In this document: piece by piece, positions 43,740-48,193 of the stretch
Layout: every line of letters begins with the position of its first letter
Position numbering within the stretch: position 1 is the first letter of the stretch
IMG/VR virus record: IMGVR_UViG_3300048918_000310
Span: 1-48,193 of that record
Source: a virus
Strand: one strand, 5' to 3'
DNA: 48,193 nucleotides
Made by a program: the position numbers and the translations under genes
Notes under the pieces: generated by a model
Told to the model about the DNA's origin: nothing
Seen by the model: the letters and a program-made list of their open reading frames with translations, nothing else
Database searches by the model: none

Positions 43740-45112
43740 AATATAATCCGTTTCCATACCAGGACCATGCCACAGAGCATATCATCCAGAATACAGGCAA
43801 CGGCCTGTTTCTTGAAATGGGCCTGGGTAAAACAGTATCAACCCTGACAGCGATAGACCGACTAATTTACGATTACCTGGAAGTGAACAAGGTTCTGGTG
43901 ATAGCACCAAAGCGGGTAGCTGAAGATACCTGGACCACAGAATGTGAAAAGTGGGACCACATCAGGCATTTACGGATCTCCCGGGTGTTGGGCGATGAAC
44001 GTAAACGAATTTCAGCTTTAAGGCAGAAAGCCGATATCTATGTCATCAATCGGGAAAACGTGTCGTGGCTGCAGTCTCATTATGCTGGCGCATGGCCATT
44101 TGATATGGTTGTCATTGATGAATCATCGTCTTTCAAATCTCACAAGGCTATCCGGTTCAAATCGATGAAGCTTATCAGGGCGTTTATCAAAAGGATTGTG
44201 ATCCTTACAGGTACGCCGGCGCCAAATGGATTACTGGATATATGGGCACCCATTTGGCTGCTTGACCGTGGCGCCAGGCTGGGCGAAAAGTTTGAAGGTT
44301 ATAGGGCGAGGTACTTTGAAAAGAATCAGTGGGAGCGTCGGTATACGATCAAAAAGCATGAGTCCTACGAGCAGGGGATCTACAACAAGATCGGGGATAT
44401 CGTCATCAGCATGAAGGCGGCCGATTACCTGGATTTACCCGAACGGATTGACCGGATCGTAAATGTGAAACTACCGGAAGAAGTGAAAAAAGCTTACAAC
44501 GACTTTGAGCGTAAGCAGGTGTTAGCCCTTTCTGAAGAAGATCAGATCACAGCGATCAATGCGGCCGCCCTGACAACAAAACTCCTGCAGTTTGCCAATG
44601 GCGCTGTTTACGATGAAAATCGGGTGTGGCATGAAATGCACCGGGAGAAACTGGAAGCCCTGGGCGAAATAATAGAAGCTGCCAACGAGAAACCGGTTTT
44701 GGTTTTCTACTGGTACAAACATGATCTGGAACGCATTCAGCGATATGCAAAGGATCATGACTGGAAACCTATAGAACTGAAAGGCCAGGCTGACATTAAG
44801 CACTGGAACGAAGGAAAGATCCAGGTCCTGCTGGCGCATCCGGCAAGTGCCGGGCATGGATTAAACCTGCAGGCTGGTGGAAACATCATTGTTTGGTTTG
44901 GGCTTACCTGGTCGCTGGAATTGTACATGCAGGCCAACGCCCGCCTGCACCGGTTAGGGCAGCAACAGGCTGTTATTATCCATCATCTGGTATCAACGGG
45001 CACCATGGATGAAGATGTAATGGAAGCACTTGAAAAGAAGTTCCACGGGCAGGAAGCGTTGATGCAGGCGGTTAAGGCCCGCATTGAGAAATATCAAAAA
45101 CTGGTAGCATGA
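43736..45112 (+). CDS. SNF2-family (DEAD-like) helicase
   Basis: GLGKT (motif I), VIDESSSFKS (motif II), LTGTP, and the C-terminal GLNLQ and QANARLHRLGQ. Confidence 0.85.
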   Translation: MKYNPFPYQDHATEHIIQNTGNGLFLEMGLGKTVSTLTAIDRLIYDYLEVNKVLVIAPKRVAEDTWTTECEKWDHIRHLRISRVLGDERKRISALRQKADIYVINRENVSWLQSHYAGAWPFDMVVIDESSSFKSHKAIRFKSMKLIRAFIKRIVILTGTPAPNGLLDIWAPIWLLDRGARLGEKFEGYRARYFEKNQWERRYTIKKHESYEQGIYNKIGDIVISMKAADYLDLPERIDRIVNVKLPEEVKKAYNDFERKQVLALSEEDQITAINAAALTTKLLQFANGAVYDENRVWHEMHREKLEALGEIIEAANEKPVLVFYWYKHDLERIQRYAKDHDWKPIELKGQADIKHWNEGKIQVLLAHPASAGHGLNLQAGGNIIVWFGLTWSLELYMQANARLHRLGQQQAVIIHHLVSTGTMDEDVMEALEKKFHGQEALMQAVKARIEKYQKLVA

Positions 45113-45546
45113 ACCAATTACCTTACCGCTGTAGCATGAATGCGTTAGTGGCAATAGCGTTGTATGATAAACATGAAAGGGACCGCATTGTAGCGGAAGA
45201 GATGGAAAAGGAGAAGTACATCAGGGAAATCCGGGAAATAGGGCTGTACCCAATTTTAACGGATGTTTGTAGTGTCTTTGGTTACGATATTTTGAAGGTA
45301 AAAAGCAAACGTCGTGCTGCCGGATTAGTACTCTGTAAACGTTTGTACTGCTATCTTTCTTGTTTAAAGACAAAATTCTCCCTGTCTGAGATAGCGAATG
45401 AAGTGGGCTTTGATGACCACACCACCGTGATCTACCACCGTGATGTGGTCAAAAAATTGACAACCGAACAAGATCCTGAGTTTATCGCTAACTGGCGTTA
45501 TTACCTACATAATTCAAAGCTTTTTACAGAAATCGATTTTCAATAA
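45109..45546 (+). CDS. DnaA domain IV-like (Bac_DnaA_C) DNA-binding protein
   Basis: KSKRRAAGLVLCKRLYCYLSCLKTKFSLSEIANEVGFDDHTTVIYHRDVVKKL matches the DnaA C-terminal HTH pattern (R...aR...myL...sl.eIg..fg.rdHsTV.ha). Confidence 0.6.
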   Translation: MNQLPYRCSMNALVAIALYDKHERDRIVAEEMEKEKYIREIREIGLYPILTDVCSVFGYDILKVKSKRRAAGLVLCKRLYCYLSCLKTKFSLSEIANEVGFDDHTTVIYHRDVVKKLTTEQDPEFIANWRYYLHNSKLFTEIDFQ

Positions 45547-45557
45547 ACTTCGTTGTT

Positions 45558-45752
45558 ATGAAAGACCAATCAAATGAACAGCAAATAATCGAATTGATAC
45601 GCCAGGGCAAAGCGAATAAAGAAATTGCAGCGGAAATGTTTAAATCTCTACCAACTATCAAAGCGAGCGTATCCAGGTTAATGAAAAAGTATAATTGCAA
45701 AAACAGGGTACAGCTGGCACTTATGGCTTTCCAAAAAGTAAATAACCCATGA
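45558..45752 (+). CDS. LuxR/GerE-type HTH regulator (64 aa)
   Basis: QQIIELIRQGKANKEIAAEMFKSLPTIKASVSRLMKKYNCKNRVQL. Confidence 0.7.
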   Translation: MKDQSNEQQIIELIRQGKANKEIAAEMFKSLPTIKASVSRLMKKYNCKNRVQLALMAFQKVNNP

Positions 45753-46037
45753 TTATAGCGTATGAAAAACCAAAATCCAGTACTAATCCTTGGCAACCTC
45801 GGTCTGCAGACTTCCTTTCGTTTCCCACGTCGGAAAACTACTTATCGCACGATTACCTATGGGCCGAGTTTTGCCAGACCGAATTACGGTACCCGGGCCT
45901 GTTTGAATGTGAAAACCGGAAAAGTGAAACTGTTGGCTTGCGGGCTTACCGTTGAGAAAACATGAAAATTTCAGTATTTATTGAAATTTCAGAAAAATCA
46001 ATAACTTTACTTTTGATAAATCCTGATTTTTAGCGTT

Positions 46038-46790
46038 TTGACCAAAAAGAAAAACCCCATATCGAAGAAACCTAAAGCTGAGATCCCGGCTCTGAATGAT
46101 AAACAGAAACAGTTTTGTCTGGAGTACCTGGTTGATTTCAATGCGACCCAGGCCGCAATACGGGCTGGTTATTCACAACGATCTGCATACGCCATTGGAT
46201 GGACTAACTTACGAATGCCCCAAATTCGCAAACACATAGATACCTTGCTCGAAGAACGATCACTCGGGAAACACGAGGTGTTAAAACTGCTGTCAGATAT
46301 CGCCCAGGGATCATTAAACGACTATTTCACTACTACAACAAAGGTTTATACCCCCCAGGTAAAAAAGGGACTTAAAGAGCTTATAAAAGGGCTTCGCGAA
46401 AAGATCGAGGACCAGCGTAAGCTGATCGCCAGGGCGAAGATTACCGATTCTGACCGCCTGAAAGGATTAGCCAGCCAGGAAATGTTCTGGCTCGAACAGA
46501 TTGCCGCTTACGAAATTGAACTGGAAAGAAACCCCCGGGCAAATAGGATTGTGGATGGCGAAGCCCAGTTGGTTGAAACTACCGAACTGGATATGGTAAA
46601 ATTGGTGAGGGATAAAGAAAAGGGCAGGATCAAAACACTGGTTCCGAACGAATACGGTTATAAGGTAGAGTTATACCCTGCTGATGCAGCATTACGTGAC
46701 CTGGGGCGCTACCATGGTATTTTTGAAAAGGATAATGAACAGGGAAAGCCGAATTTCAACATTGAGGGGCAGCAAATTGTGTTCAAATGA
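46038..46790 (+). CDS. terS: Terminase small subunit (TTG start)
   Basis: LNDKQKQFCLEYLVDFNATQAAIRAGYS matches the Terminase_2 N-terminal HTH. ATGA overlap with terL. Confidence 0.8.
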   Translation: MTKKKNPISKKPKAEIPALNDKQKQFCLEYLVDFNATQAAIRAGYSQRSAYAIGWTNLRMPQIRKHIDTLLEERSLGKHEVLKLLSDIAQGSLNDYFTTTTKVYTPQVKKGLKELIKGLREKIEDQRKLIARAKITDSDRLKGLASQEMFWLEQIAAYEIELERNPRANRIVDGEAQLVETTELDMVKLVRDKEKGRIKTLVPNEYGYKVELYPADAALRDLGRYHGIFEKDNEQGKPNFNIEGQQIVFK

Positions 46791-48121
46791 TCGAGGTCCA
46801 GGCGTTAGATCCGTTCAAAGTACTTTACAACCTTCCTCCTGATGTAAACATCGTAGTAGCGATAGGAGGAAGGGGAGGGGCAAAAACCTACGAGGTAAGC
46901 AAGTACATAGCTTTCAGTGCTACGATCAAAAAGAAGCGGTGTGTTGTACTGCGCGATGAAAAGGAGCTGGTGCGTGAATCGATCCTGAATGAGGTGCTAT
47001 TACGGTATGACACAGCCAATGAATCAGGCGCTTTATCTGGCCATTATGATCGCCTGGACACTGGGATCAAGGAAAAGCAAACCGGCGAAATGCTGGTCTT
47101 TACAAAAGGTTTCCGGGCCAGCGACAGCACGAAGAAAGCAAACCTTAAATCCATATCCAACATCGATATAGCGGTGGTTGAGGAAGCAGAGGACATACGC
47201 GATGAAGAAAAGTTCAACACCTTCGCCGATTCAATCCGTAAGGAGGGCTCTTTGATAATCATTATCCTGAACACGCCGGATATTCAGCACTGGATCATTA
47301 AAAGGTATTTCAATCTGAAGCCGGTAGTGATTAACGGGAAAGTGAAGGATGGGTTTTTTGAAATAACGCCGAAGCAGATTAAAGGGTTTCTGTGCATTCA
47401 GACCAGCTTTGAAGATAACCCACATCTGCCGAAACATATCGTTGACAACTATCGCGGATATGGTGACCCTAACAGCCACCTGTACAAAGAGTTTTACTAC
47501 CTGACTGCGATTAAGGGATATGCAAGTACGGGCAGGAAAGGGCAAATATTGACAAAGTGCAAACCTATAAAGCTGGCTGACTACCTAAAGTTGCCGTTTA
47601 AAGAGTACTACGGCCAGGATTTCGGTACCGCTTCCCCGGCCGGCATGGTTGGGGTAAAGTTCGACAAGAACCGGGTTTATGCCCGGCAGCTGAATTATAA
47701 GCCGCTGAGTACACTGGACATTGCCAGGATGTATTGTACGATGCGGTTAACGGACAGTGACGAGATAGTTGCCGATAGTGCGGAGCCGAAAAGTATCAGC
47801 AAGCTGAAGAATGGTTACCGGGGGGAGGAACTGGCAACGGAAGACTTTATCAAGTTTACCCGCCTGGCAGTAGGGTTCAATGTCAAAGCGGCTGATAAGG
47901 GGCAGGACAGCGTGAGGAACGGGCTCGATCTGTTAGATTCACTGGATCTTTATGTGGTTGAAGAGTCAACGGACTTCTGGAATGAGATATACAACTACAT
48001 CTGGGAAGTGGACAAGAACGGCAATCCGACTGGTGAACCGATAGACGAATTTAACCACCTTATTGATCCCTGGCGGTATGTGGTACAGAAGCATAAGAAG
48101 GGATATAAGGTTTACGAATAA
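46787..48121 (+). CDS. terL: Terminase large subunit
   Basis: Walker A-like VAIGGRGGAKTYE, Walker B VVEEAED, and a C-terminal nuclease region. 444 aa. Confidence 0.9.
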   Translation: MIEVQALDPFKVLYNLPPDVNIVVAIGGRGGAKTYEVSKYIAFSATIKKKRCVVLRDEKELVRESILNEVLLRYDTANESGALSGHYDRLDTGIKEKQTGEMLVFTKGFRASDSTKKANLKSISNIDIAVVEEAEDIRDEEKFNTFADSIRKEGSLIIIILNTPDIQHWIIKRYFNLKPVVINGKVKDGFFEITPKQIKGFLCIQTSFEDNPHLPKHIVDNYRGYGDPNSHLYKEFYYLTAIKGYASTGRKGQILTKCKPIKLADYLKLPFKEYYGQDFGTASPAGMVGVKFDKNRVYARQLNYKPLSTLDIARMYCTMRLTDSDEIVADSAEPKSISKLKNGYRGEELATEDFIKFTRLAVGFNVKAADKGQDSVRNGLDLLDSLDLYVVEESTDFWNEIYNYIWEVDKNGNPTGEPIDEFNHLIDPWRYVVQKHKKGYKVYE

Positions 48122-48193
48122 AATCAAGCTTATGATAAAACGCATAGTGTATACAAGCGACATAAACGTAAAAGTTGGCCAAGAGAAAATTGC
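48067..48193. repeat. Contig-end direct repeat (copy 2)
   Basis: Exact 127-bp match to 1-127. Confidence 0.95.

Noticed and set aside
45749-45965. Two mutually overlapping ~67-aa ORFs (45749-45955 and 45762-45965) between the LuxR-like gene and terS
   Set aside because: I cannot tell which, if either, is coding. The first has ATGA coupling to the LuxR-like gene, and the second has a more basic, protein-like sequence. An 8-bp long-range complement (tcggtctg ~45799 / cagaccga ~45873) hints at RNA structure but is too weak to call an ncRNA.

Overview
The window looks like a complete, circularly closed genome (~48,066 bp) of a temperate tailed phage. Bases 1-127 are identical to 48067-48193. The host is probably a Bacteroidota species; that is inferred from the signal-peptide and lipoprotein style, a TAnnTTTG -7 box and the integrase type.

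Gene order:
- Packaging and head: terS/terL (46038-48121, wrapping to 1-55), then portal, scaffold and major capsid (250-5743).
- Tail: head-tail and tail genes with a 1289-aa tape measure and an SGNH-esterase tail fibre (5780-22049).
- Lysis: a membrane-protein-rich cassette ending in an SLT-type endolysin (22107-24662), followed by small accessory (moron) ORFs.
- Lysogeny: a minus-strand island (25.6-30.2 kb) with an XRE regulator, a tyrosine integrase, an attP carrying a tRNA-Gly 3' fragment, secreted and lipoprotein morons, and a CI-like/Cro-like switch.
- Early and replication: DUF2800 nuclease, DUF2815 SSB-like protein, MazG, family-A DNA polymerase, HNH endonucleases, VirE-type primase, VRR-NUC, SNF2 helicase, a DnaA-domain-IV-like protein and a LuxR HTH.

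The standout is a diversity-generating retroelement (DGR) at 31.6-33.7 kb. It has one short template repeat and two variable repeats whose differences from the template all fall on template adenines, plus a DGR-type reverse transcriptase. No Avd gene is recognisable. Unusually, the targets are two small tandem paralogues with no signal peptide or TM segment, lying in the early region rather than in a tail fibre gene.

All product calls come from motifs recognised by eye and from gene order. No database search was run.
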